64,000 nt of DNA, taken from Pirellulales bacterium (GTDB taxonomy: Bacteria; Planctomycetota; Planctomycetia; Pirellulales; UBA1268). The notes beneath the pieces are model-generated. The model saw only the letters and a list, made by a program, of their open reading frames with translations, was not told where the DNA came from and searched no databases. The DNA is taken from the NCBI GenBank assembly GCA_017853835.1, contig JAFMIU010000011.1, positions 542 through 64,541 on the forward strand. Direction: 5' to 3'. The translations under genes were made by a program, and so were the position numbers. Of the stretch, positions 56,079 through 64,000 are shown piece after piece (positions within the stretch are counted from its first letter, which is position 1; each line of letters starts with the position of its first letter).

Positions 56079-56861
56079 CTACAGGCTGTGGAGGAACCCA
56101 ATCGCCGCGGTCAGTTCCGAAACGGCGTCTCGCTCGTCGACCGGTTCGAGTCCCATCCACCCGTGGAAGCTGCGTTCGTCGAGCGTGGCCAGCACGCCTC
56201 GCACGTCAACCTGTCCTGTCCCGAGGATCACCGCGCGGCCTCGGCCCGCAAACGCTCCGGCCACGGCATCGGTGGCGTGCATGACGGCCACATGCGAGCC
56301 GAGCATCTCGGCGGCCTTCACCGGATCATGGCCATGCACGACGAGTGACCCAGTCACGAGATCACAGGCGATCGCACCGGCAGGCAGGGCCGCGAGAACC
56401 CGCGCAAGATCATCTGGCGACCCGCGGCCAAGTTCGGCGCAGAGTGTCGCCCCGACATGCTCACCCCATTGCCCGATGTCGCTGAGCACGTCGACAAGCA
56501 ACTGCCATCGTGGGTCGTCCGATTCGGGCGGAATGTCACCGATGTGGTTGAGCACCACCCCACACCCGAGATCATGGGCCAGCTTCATCGCATCTTTGGT
56601 GGCGGCGATCCGTCCTTCGAGTCGGTCGGTGTCGCCATAGCCGCCACGCGTGCGGAACGAGACGGCGGAAATGACCACTCCTTCGTCACCAAGCCACTTT
56701 CGAATCTGTCGCAGGCCCGTCTGGGTGATCTGCGACGGGTCGATGCCGTGGCGGGCATCGATTTCGACGCCGGCGATGCCCAGGTCGCGGGCAAGACGGA
56801 AAGCCCGACGGAGATCCCGGGCCAGGGCGACCGTCGGAACAGAGATGCGGGAGGTGTCCAT
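56079..56861 (-). CDS. sugar phosphate isomerase/epimerase (xylose-isomerase-like TIM barrel)
   Basis: Track ORF trimmed to ATG 56861. The G..GVEID...... and ...LEP... pattern and the 260-aa length fit the AP-endonuclease-2/TIM family. Confidence 0.65.
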   Translation of the reverse strand: MDTSRISVPTVALARDLRRAFRLARDLGIAGVEIDARHGIDPSQITQTGLRQIRKWLGDEGVVISAVSFRTRGGYGDTDRLEGRIAATKDAMKLAHDLGCGVVLNHIGDIPPESDDPRWQLLVDVLSDIGQWGEHVGATLCAELGRGSPDDLARVLAALPAGAIACDLVTGSLVVHGHDPVKAAEMLGSHVAVMHATDAVAGAFAGRGRAVILGTGQVDVRGVLATLDERSFHGWMGLEPVDERDAVSELTAAIGFLHSL

Positions 56862-56961
56862 GGATCGTGCCCGGTAGGGAGGCCCGTCGAATCGCCACCA
56901 TGATAGTGGCCGGGTCGATCCAGGCGGGCCTGTGCCACGAATCGGGTGGTATTCTTGATTC

Positions 56962-57750
56962 ATGCCGACGCTTGCCGCCGTCACCGACGCCTTGGAGCAT
57001 GTCGCCCCCCTTCGACTCGCTGCGTCGTGGGATGCCGTGGGGCTCCTCGTGGCCCCGCAGCGGGAGGTGATCGGGCGGGTCATGACCTGCCTCACCCTCA
57101 CTCCGCGTGTTGCTGCCGAGGCCGTGCGGGAGCGGGTCGACCTGGTGGTTTCACACCATCCGCTGCCGTTTCGGCCTGTGAGTCGGATCACGCCGTCGTC
57201 GGGCACCGGTCAGGTTCTCCTCGATCTGATTGGTGCGGGCGCCGGAATCTGGAGCAGCCACACGGCCTGGGACTCGGCCGCGGCCGGCATCAACGACCAG
57301 CTTGCAGAACTGCTCGGGCTCACGCACATCGCCCCGATCGAGCCCGATGAGGTCGTCCCACAGATCGGCTTTGGACGGATGGGCTCGGTGAGGGAGCGCG
57401 TGAGTGTGGCGGACATGGCCGACAGGGCTGCCACGGCCCTTGGCGTCCGGCACGTGCAGCTCGTCGGTGATCCAGCAAGGCCGGCCGGACGAGTTGGCAT
57501 CGTCTGCGGGTCGGGCGGAGACTGTATCGAACAGGTGCGTCGAGGCGGATGCGACACGCTCGTCACGGGCGAGATCAAGCTTCATCAGGCCACCGAAGCC
57601 GAGGCTGCTGGCATGGCGGTGGTGGCCGTCGGCCACCATGCGAGCGAGCGGTTTTCGATGGAGACGCTCGCCAGTCGGCTTGCCGCGGCCCTTCCCGGAC
57701 TTACCTGCTGGGCCAGCCGTGATGAACGAGACCCACTCGGCTGGCGATGA
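56962..57750 (+). CDS. Nif3-like dinuclear metal centre protein (YbgI/GTP cyclohydrolase 1 type 2 homolog)
   Basis: APLRLAASWDAVGLLV, VVSHHPLPFRP, and GHHASERF near the C-terminus. Confidence 0.8.
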   Translation: MPTLAAVTDALEHVAPLRLAASWDAVGLLVAPQREVIGRVMTCLTLTPRVAAEAVRERVDLVVSHHPLPFRPVSRITPSSGTGQVLLDLIGAGAGIWSSHTAWDSAAAGINDQLAELLGLTHIAPIEPDEVVPQIGFGRMGSVRERVSVADMADRAATALGVRHVQLVGDPARPAGRVGIVCGSGGDCIEQVRRGGCDTLVTGEIKLHQATEAEAAGMAVVAVGHHASERFSMETLASRLAAALPGLTCWASRDERDPLGWR

Positions 57751-57876
57751 CAAACGCAGTGTTCCGACTAGCGATATGCCGTCCAAGCCCATGCGTTGCC
57801 CCGAGCGCATCGAGAGTCAATACTTACAGCCTCGTCAGCCGCCTGGCTGACGGCTTCCCTGTTGCTTCGTGAGCCC

Positions 57877-58608
57877 ATGGCCCGATACCTCACCGCCCTT
57901 CCGGTCTACAACGAAGCGGCCCACGTCGAAGGCGTGCTCGACGAGGTTCTGAAGCACACCCCCGATGTGCTGGTCGTTGATGATGGGTCAACCGATGGCA
58001 CGTCGGATCTTGTGGCCGCCCGTCGTGACGTGCGGGTCGTTCGGCACCCGGTGAACAAGGGCTATGGGGCGGCCCTGGCAACGGCATTTCGTGAGACCTT
58101 GGCCGGCCGATGGGACGGGCTGGTCACGATCGACTGTGACGGCCAGCACCAGCCCCAGCTCATCCCCGAGTTTGTTCGGGCTGCGTCTGCGCCGGGCGTC
58201 GATCTTGTCAGCGGCAGCCGGTATCTGCGTCATTATGAGGGCGACAGCACGCCGCCCGCGGCCCGTCGACGGATCAACGCCGCCATCACGAGTGAGATCA
58301 ACGAGCGGCTCGGCCTCGAGATCACCGACGCCTTTTGCGGCTTCAAGGCCTACACCCGCCACGCCCTGAGCCGGCTCCACATCACCGAGACGGGATACGC
58401 GATGCCGCTGGAAGTGTGGGTGCAGGCGGCGGCTGCGGGATTGACCGTCGTTGAAATGCCCGTGCCGCTCGTCTACCTCGACCTGGCGCGGAGTTTCGGA
58501 GGCGCACTGGACGACGCGGCGACCCGTCTGGCCTACTATCAGGACGTCCTCGATCGAGCTGAGGCTGCCGTGGCCGCCTCGGCCAGGGGCCGCGACGCCT
58601 CGGTGTGA
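57877..58608 (+). CDS. family 2 glycosyltransferase (polyprenyl-phosphate sugar synthase-like)
   Basis: Trimmed to ATG 57877. LPVYNEAAHV, VVDDGSTDGT, NKGYGAAL, DCDGQH and FCGFKAY motifs. Confidence 0.8.
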   Translation: MARYLTALPVYNEAAHVEGVLDEVLKHTPDVLVVDDGSTDGTSDLVAARRDVRVVRHPVNKGYGAALATAFRETLAGRWDGLVTIDCDGQHQPQLIPEFVRAASAPGVDLVSGSRYLRHYEGDSTPPAARRRINAAITSEINERLGLEITDAFCGFKAYTRHALSRLHITETGYAMPLEVWVQAAAAGLTVVEMPVPLVYLDLARSFGGALDDAATRLAYYQDVLDRAEAAVAASARGRDASV

Positions 58609-58660
58609 GGCGGTGCGTCCGACGGCGAAACGCCGTCGGTTTCTGGTTTCCGGGCCTGCC

Positions 58661-60328
58661 ATGCCACCTTCCCGCCGCTTTCACACCCCGCCCGAGCCCT
58701 CTGGCGCCATCCTCCTCGATCCCCCGGTGCAGCCGTCGCCCGGAACGGGTTCGATCGAAGCGCTCGTCGACAACAACCGGCTGCTGCGGGCCGCGCTCGA
58801 TGCCAGGATTGGCGACATGCGGCTGTGGGAACTCGTCGCGGCCACGCGGCGTGAGATGCTCATGGTGGCCGCCGAATACACGGGACACTACCGTGACGTT
58901 TCGCGGCCGGCCGATGTGGCCGACTGGATCGCCCGTCCGATCATCATGGGTGGCCACCAGCCAGGACTCTTCCATCCCGGGGTGTGGCTGAAGAACGCAG
59001 CGATCGACGCCTACGCCCGGCAGGTGGGTGGCACGGCGTTGAATCTGGTGGTCGACACCGATCGCTGCGGGAGGCTGGCCGTGCCGGTCCCCGTGGGCAC
59101 GCCCGAAGCCGCCCACATGGAAGACGTTGCCCTCGATGCCTTCACGGTCGACACGGCATGGGAAGAGCGGGGTGTCGTCGATCAGGAATGTTTCCGCTCC
59201 TTCGGCGAACGAGCCGGTGCCCTTCTCGAGCCACTCATCCCGCGGCCGATGCTGCGGGCCTGGTGGCCTCTCGTGGTCGAGCGGACGCGCATCAGTCATC
59301 GCATCGGCCTTGGCATCGCGCAGGCCAGGCACATCCTCGAGGAGCGGTATGGTCTTGAAACGCTCGAACTGCCGGTGAGCGAGATGATGCGGCTGCCAAC
59401 GGTGATGGTTTTCATCGGCTGGCTGCTCGCCCACGCCCGCCAGATGCACGAGGCATACAACGACGCCCTTGCCGCCTACCGCCGTGACTACCGCGTGCGG
59501 GGCCGCGGGCGACCGATGCCCGACCTGGCGACCAGCCACGACGCGTCCGGGGAATGGATCGAGGTGCCGTGGTGGATGTGGTCGCGCGACGATCCGCGTC
59601 GCCGTCGGGTTTTTGCCAACACCTCCACGCCGGGTGTTCTGGCGCTTTCCGACATGGAGACACTTCGGATCGAACTCCCGATCGCCGCCGATATCTCGCC
59701 GTCGAAGTGGGTCGATGCCCTGTCGCGCATGGAGGAACACGCCGTCCGGCTGCGGCCCCGGGCCATCGTGACCACGCTCATATCGAGGCTCCTCGTCGCC
59801 GACGTTTTTGTGCACGGCATCGGGGGCGCCGCCTACGACGTGATCACCGATCAAATCGTGGCGCGCCTCCTGGGCTCGGATCCACCCCGCTTTGCCGTGG
59901 CGTCGGGCACGCTCCGACTTCCGCTCGAGGTGGTCTTTCCAGGCCTGGAGTCGGCTGATCCCGCCGGCGACCTGGCGGCGGCTCGTCATGCCCTTCGCGA
60001 CATGCGATTCCATCCCGAGCGGCATCTCGGGACGGATGGCCGGGACGAGTCGATTCGCGACGTGATCGCGGAAAAGTGGCGGTGGATCGACACGCCCCCG
60101 ACGCCCACACTCGCGAAGCGGCGCTGCCATGAGATTCGAGCAGCCAACGAACGTCTCGGGGTCGCCATGGCCGCGCAGCGTGACGAACTCGAGCGACGAA
60201 TCCCGTCGCTGATGGCCGCGGTGGCGGCGCGAAACGTGTTGCGATCACGTGACATACCGTGGTGTTTTTTCCCGGAAAATGCTGTCAAAAGCTTCCTGCT
60301 ACTGGAAAAGGGGTCAGGGGCGACATAG
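58661..60328 (+). CDS. conserved hypothetical protein, possibly BshC-like (putative cysteine-ligase family)
   Basis: Trimmed to ATG 58661. 555 aa. IIMGGHQPGLFHPGVWLKN...LNLVVDTD resembles, from memory, the BshC segment VVGGQQAGLLTGPLYTIHK...FWVAGEDHD. Overall length is similar to BshC (about 540 aa). Low-confidence family call. Confidence 0.45.
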   Translation: MPPSRRFHTPPEPSGAILLDPPVQPSPGTGSIEALVDNNRLLRAALDARIGDMRLWELVAATRREMLMVAAEYTGHYRDVSRPADVADWIARPIIMGGHQPGLFHPGVWLKNAAIDAYARQVGGTALNLVVDTDRCGRLAVPVPVGTPEAAHMEDVALDAFTVDTAWEERGVVDQECFRSFGERAGALLEPLIPRPMLRAWWPLVVERTRISHRIGLGIAQARHILEERYGLETLELPVSEMMRLPTVMVFIGWLLAHARQMHEAYNDALAAYRRDYRVRGRGRPMPDLATSHDASGEWIEVPWWMWSRDDPRRRRVFANTSTPGVLALSDMETLRIELPIAADISPSKWVDALSRMEEHAVRLRPRAIVTTLISRLLVADVFVHGIGGAAYDVITDQIVARLLGSDPPRFAVASGTLRLPLEVVFPGLESADPAGDLAAARHALRDMRFHPERHLGTDGRDESIRDVIAEKWRWIDTPPTPTLAKRRCHEIRAANERLGVAMAAQRDELERRIPSLMAAVAARNVLRSRDIPWCFFPENAVKSFLLLEKGSGAT

Positions 60329-60378
60329 ATTGTCCGCCAACGGACTGGGATTGAGTGGCTCCAGGGAGAGGAGGCATC

Positions 60379-62004
60379 ATGCGTCGGGTGGACCGTAACC
60401 GGACCAGGCGGCAAGGGGTCGGACGAGGCCGTCAGGCCGCGGATCGACAAGGTCATGGCGAGCGATCCCGAACGGCATCGCGCTCGGCAGCGCGGGAGCA
60501 GGCTTCGGCCGTACGGCCTGCCAAGAAGAAGAGCCGCCTGAAAATTCGGCTCGCCGCCGGCACCGAGCACCGTGCGACCAAGCCCGCTTCGTCCGATGGT
60601 GACTCGTCGTCAACGGTCGTCGAGACCGTGGAGATTCGTCCTTCGAGTTCGGTGATCAGTCGGCGATCCGCCGCCAAGCGGCCGGCGATTCAGCATCTGC
60701 CACATCATCCCGTCCTCCCGATGAAGCCACCGGCGTGGATGCTCGAGGAGTGCCATGTGTCGCCCGCGCGGGCCGGCGACCAGAGCGAGATTCTTCAGCT
60801 GTTGTCAGGCCTGCCCTCGCCGCCGTCGCGGGCGGAGTTTCATGCCGCCGTCGACCACCCGGAGCACGACTCAGCCAACCGGCTGGTCGCCCGTCTGGCG
60901 GGCCGCATCGTGGGACACGTGGAGATTGTTCCGCGCGATCTCCTGATCGGCTCCGTGGCGGTACGGGGCGCGGTGATCGATCGCGTCGCCGTGCTGCCGG
61001 AATGCCGCGGGGCAGGGCATGGCCAGCGGCTCGTGCGGGCGGCGGAAGATCGGATGCGGCAGATGGGCGCCGTGGCGGCCTTTTCCCGCACGCGAATCGC
61101 ACCGTCGTTCCACGAACTGGGGTGGAGCGTGCTGGGCCGCGATCCTGCAACCCCGGGGCGTCCCACCGACATCATCGCCAGGCTGCTCGAGGGGCAGTCG
61201 CGCATCGGCGAGTCAGTCACCATGCGGCAGTGGCGGCATGTGGAACTGCCGGCCATCCTGCGGATCTACAAGCAGAACGCCTCGCGGTTCGTCGGTCCGC
61301 TCGATCGGAGTGAAAACTATTGCCGGTGGCTGGTCAGCCGCGGCGCGTTCGACTCGATCATCGTGGCCCTCGTCGGCCAGGATCGCTATGAACTGCACGA
61401 ATCGAGCGCCCGGATCGTCGGGTATGCGATCCAGTCGGGCACCCGCGTGCTGGAGATCATGGCCGACCCCGAGTTTGCGGGCGTTGAGCGGGAGATTCTC
61501 GCCCGGGTGTGCGCCGAGGCGATCGAGAACGATCGTCAGGAAATCACCTATGAATCGAGCGTCGGTGATCCCCTTCATGAGGCGGTTGCCGGGGGCGCGA
61601 GTCTGGTGCAGGGCGGCGATCGCATGATCGTCGCGAAGGTCTTCCAGCCACTTGACCTGCTGATGGCGCTCGCGCCGCAGGTGGCCGCCCGCGTGATGGA
61701 GGCGGACATCCGGGAAACGGTCGAACTCGGGCTCGATGCCCCGTCGTTTCGCGGGTCGATCATCGTGGCCGAAGGCAAGGGGTCGGATTGCCAGGCGACC
61801 GTGCATCCTGGCCGCGTGGGCCGGAGTTACCTCAAGCTTGCCGACAGCGAACTGGCCAGGCTCCTCCTGGGTCAGTGCGATCCGGTGGAGGCCGTCGCGG
61901 CCGGTCGGATGGAGCCGTCAACGCAGATGGCCCAAAAGCTGGCCGGACAGCTCTTCCCGCGGCAGCCACTCTGGTGTCCCATGTGGGACGACCTGCCGGC
62001 GTGA
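60379..62004 (+). CDS. GNAT N-acetyltransferase with Eis-like architecture (GNAT + central domain + SCP2-like C-terminus) and a basic N-terminal extension
   Basis: ATG 60379 is preceded by GGGAGAGGAGG. GNAT core ...VGHVEIVPRDLLIGSVAVRGAVIDRVAVLPECRGAGHGQRLVRAAEDRMRQMG. C-terminal ...LLLGQCDPVEAVAAGRME resembles the Eis SCP2 domain. The first roughly 115 aa are Arg/Ser-rich. Alternative start 60721. Confidence 0.6.
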   Translation: MRRVDRNRTRRQGVGRGRQAADRQGHGERSRTASRSAAREQASAVRPAKKKSRLKIRLAAGTEHRATKPASSDGDSSSTVVETVEIRPSSSVISRRSAAKRPAIQHLPHHPVLPMKPPAWMLEECHVSPARAGDQSEILQLLSGLPSPPSRAEFHAAVDHPEHDSANRLVARLAGRIVGHVEIVPRDLLIGSVAVRGAVIDRVAVLPECRGAGHGQRLVRAAEDRMRQMGAVAAFSRTRIAPSFHELGWSVLGRDPATPGRPTDIIARLLEGQSRIGESVTMRQWRHVELPAILRIYKQNASRFVGPLDRSENYCRWLVSRGAFDSIIVALVGQDRYELHESSARIVGYAIQSGTRVLEIMADPEFAGVEREILARVCAEAIENDRQEITYESSVGDPLHEAVAGGASLVQGGDRMIVAKVFQPLDLLMALAPQVAARVMEADIRETVELGLDAPSFRGSIIVAEGKGSDCQATVHPGRVGRSYLKLADSELARLLLGQCDPVEAVAAGRMEPSTQMAQKLAGQLFPRQPLWCPMWDDLPA

Positions 62005-62031
62005 GGCCGACGAGCTGGTGCGAGACGGCGA

Positions 62032-63813
62032 TCAGCCGTGGCCGCGCGAGCCCGCGAGCCACTGGTCAGCCCACGTGCGAACGCCCTCCACGCCCTTGCG
62101 GTGACAGAAGTCGCCGAGGGTTTCGTCGCCGTGCCGCTCGGCCTTGTAGCAGGCGAGGACGGCGGTGATCTCCTGGGACAAATCCTCGAAGGGCACGACG
62201 TCCTTGTACTGCTCATTGAGTCGATTGCCGAGCAGGCGACCTCCGAGAAAGATGGTGTATTTGCCGGCCGTGCGACCGACGATGCCGATGTCGGAGTTGT
62301 AGGGACGGGCACAGGCATTGGGGCAGCCGGTCATTCGCACGGTGAAGGCGTCGTTCGACAGTCCGAGTTTTGCCACCTCGGGTTCGAGTGAGTCGATCAA
62401 GCCGGGCAACACCCGCTCGCTCTCGGCCACGGCCAGGCTGCACGTCGGCAGTGCGACGCACGCCATGCTCCAGCGACGGAGCGTCGAAATCTCCTCCGAG
62501 GTCTTCACGCCATGGGCATGCAGGATTTCGGCGATGCGTTCACGGTCGGTGACGGCCAGATCCGTGAAGAGAAGGCTCTGGTGCGCGGTGATCCGCACGC
62601 CAGGGGCGAGGTCGCGAAGAATGCGACGCAGGGCGGTCTTGAGCCGGAACGTGCCGGTGTCGTGGACGCGTCCGTTCTCCACGTTGAGACCGTAGAAAAA
62701 CCTGCCGTCCCCCTGGGGATACCAGCCGATGTGATCGTCAAACCCGTGGACATCGTCGGGATGGCAGGGTGCCAGCGGCTTGCCGAAATACTCCTCCACC
62801 TTCGCGCGAAAGGCGTCGAGCCCCATCGTGTGGATCGTGTATTTCAGGCGGGCCGTTTTGCGGTCGGAGCGATTGCCGAAATCGCGCTGCACCTTCACGA
62901 TCGCCTCGGCGATCGCGCAGACGTCCTCTGGAGGAACGAAGCCGAGCCGTTTGGCGAGGGCTGGAAAGGTTTTGGCGGCGCTCGGCGTGACGCCCATTCC
63001 GCCGCCGGCGAGGACGTTGTAGCCGAGAATCGTTCCGTGCTCGTGAATCGTCAAGAACCCGAGATCATTGGCGTAGATGTCGGTGCAGTTGTCTTCGGGG
63101 AGGGCGAAGGCCGTCTTGAACTTTCTCGGAAGGTAGGTGCGACCGTAGATGGGCTCCTCCTCGGCCGCACCGGCCGGATCGATCGTCTCAGGCCCGCCGG
63201 CGACGCGACTCTTCTCCCCAGTGTCGGGGTCGGTGAGCCAGATTTCGTAGTAGGCACGCGTGCGCGGGGCGAGATGCCGGGCGAGTTCATCCACCTTTTT
63301 TTGCATCTCGTCGCGCACGGGATCCCCCTTGATCGGCGCGGGGCAGCACATGATGTTGCGTTCGACGTCGCCACATGCCGCGAGCGTGGTCAGCTGGTTG
63401 GTGTGCACCCGTTGCATGAAGGCCTTGAGGTCGCCCTTCACCACGCCGTGATGCTGGATGGCCTGACGGGTGGTGAGCCGGATCGTGCCGTTGCCGAGTT
63501 CATCCCCCATGTCGATCGCCGCGAGCAGCTGGTCGGCCGTGAGCTTTCCGCCGGGCACAACGGTTCGGATCATGAACGAAATCTGTCGTTCGCTCTTCTT
63601 GCCGTCGGCCGACTTCTTGCGGGTTTCCCGGTCATCCTGCTGGTAGGTGCCGTGGTTTTTCAGGAGTTGCACGCTGCCCTTCCCGAATCCCGGATTGCCA
63701 TCGACGAGCTCCGACGGGATGTCACCCTTCAGGTAGTTGCTCGCGGCCTTGGCCACCTCCACGGCGGAGGGTTTGGCGGAGGGGGCTGGATCGATCGAGT
63801 CGGCGTCGGCCAT
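62032..63813 (-). CDS. sulfite reductase hemoprotein (siroheme / 4Fe-4S; CysI/Sir family)
   Basis: Trimmed to ATG 63813. LLKNHGTYQQDDRE. Cluster/siroheme Cys motifs CVALPTC (Cx5C) and TGCPNAC (Cx3C). Electron donor (NADPH versus ferredoxin) not inferable. Confidence 0.88.
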   Translation of the reverse strand: MADADSIDPAPSAKPSAVEVAKAASNYLKGDIPSELVDGNPGFGKGSVQLLKNHGTYQQDDRETRKKSADGKKSERQISFMIRTVVPGGKLTADQLLAAIDMGDELGNGTIRLTTRQAIQHHGVVKGDLKAFMQRVHTNQLTTLAACGDVERNIMCCPAPIKGDPVRDEMQKKVDELARHLAPRTRAYYEIWLTDPDTGEKSRVAGGPETIDPAGAAEEEPIYGRTYLPRKFKTAFALPEDNCTDIYANDLGFLTIHEHGTILGYNVLAGGGMGVTPSAAKTFPALAKRLGFVPPEDVCAIAEAIVKVQRDFGNRSDRKTARLKYTIHTMGLDAFRAKVEEYFGKPLAPCHPDDVHGFDDHIGWYPQGDGRFFYGLNVENGRVHDTGTFRLKTALRRILRDLAPGVRITAHQSLLFTDLAVTDRERIAEILHAHGVKTSEEISTLRRWSMACVALPTCSLAVAESERVLPGLIDSLEPEVAKLGLSNDAFTVRMTGCPNACARPYNSDIGIVGRTAGKYTIFLGGRLLGNRLNEQYKDVVPFEDLSQEITAVLACYKAERHGDETLGDFCHRKGVEGVRTWADQWLAGSRGHG

Positions 63814-64000
63814 GGTGTGCGTGGGTCGTTCGGGGGCGTGGTGGAAACGGTGGATTTCGGAAAGAATAGGCGATCGGGCGATCCGGTGCGATATCGCCGT
63901 GAATCGGCGACATTCCTCCAGAGCCCGCGACGTGGGGAGGGAAATTGCGATGGGACCCACGCTCTTTTTTCTGTTTGTCGTCATGGCCGGGCTGCTCTGG

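Noticed and set aside
58382-60130. 582-aa ORF on the minus strand
   Set aside because: It is antisense to the 555-aa plus-strand gene. The minus-strand product is extremely Arg/Pro/Gly-rich. The plus-strand product has balanced composition and a conserved-looking motif, so the plus-strand frame was preferred.

Overview
This is a 64-kb chromosomal segment of a high-GC genome, gene-dense on both strands. It is most likely a member of the Planctomycetota. That inference rests on a DUF1559 protein with a prepilin-type [15 protein letters not shown]-terminus, a PEP-CTERM-anchored protease, and the overall gene content. Most of the window is housekeeping. It holds a replication cluster (DnaA-like, dnaN, DUF721/DciA-like, gyrB), groES-groEL, feoAB, bioD, a 2-Cys peroxiredoxin, dgkA, hisI, the rfbBDAC dTDP-rhamnose operon, queD, hemB, mog, lysS, lolE/lolD, ilvE, spoVG, ispE, rlmN, rsmE and a sulfite reductase hemoprotein. 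There is one tRNA (Asn-GTT). I found no rRNA, CRISPR array, transposase or integrase. All family calls come from motif recognition by eye and memory; no searches were run. ORF starts were trimmed where the track ORF carried an Arg/Pro-rich extension or ran into a neighbouring gene. The observations most worth follow-up are: (1) the protein at the dnaA position keeps a near-canonical DnaA domain IV but has no recognisable Walker A, Walker B or lid. It sits next to a 516-bp non-coding gap that is a weak oriC candidate. (2) A 696-aa patatin-like lipase is fused through one TM helix to an unrecognised C-terminal domain of about 250 aa. (3) Two diverged dodecin paralogs bracket a DUF3050 heme-oxygenase-like gene and a segment with A/T-rich third codon positions (small ORF, DUF4160-DUF2442 pair, second dodecin) that abuts the 3' end of tRNA-Asn. 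(4) A GT2 glycosyltransferase, a BshC-like protein and an Eis/MshD-like GNAT lie in a row, which could be a variant low-molecular-weight thiol or glycoconjugate pathway. (5) SpoVG carries an inserted CxxC-x10-CxxC zinc ribbon. (6) An NtrC-family regulator lacks the GAFTGA loop. (7) A perfect 9-5-9 Fur-like palindrome lies upstream of feoA. None of these is proven to be a new system. The rest of the window looks ordinary.
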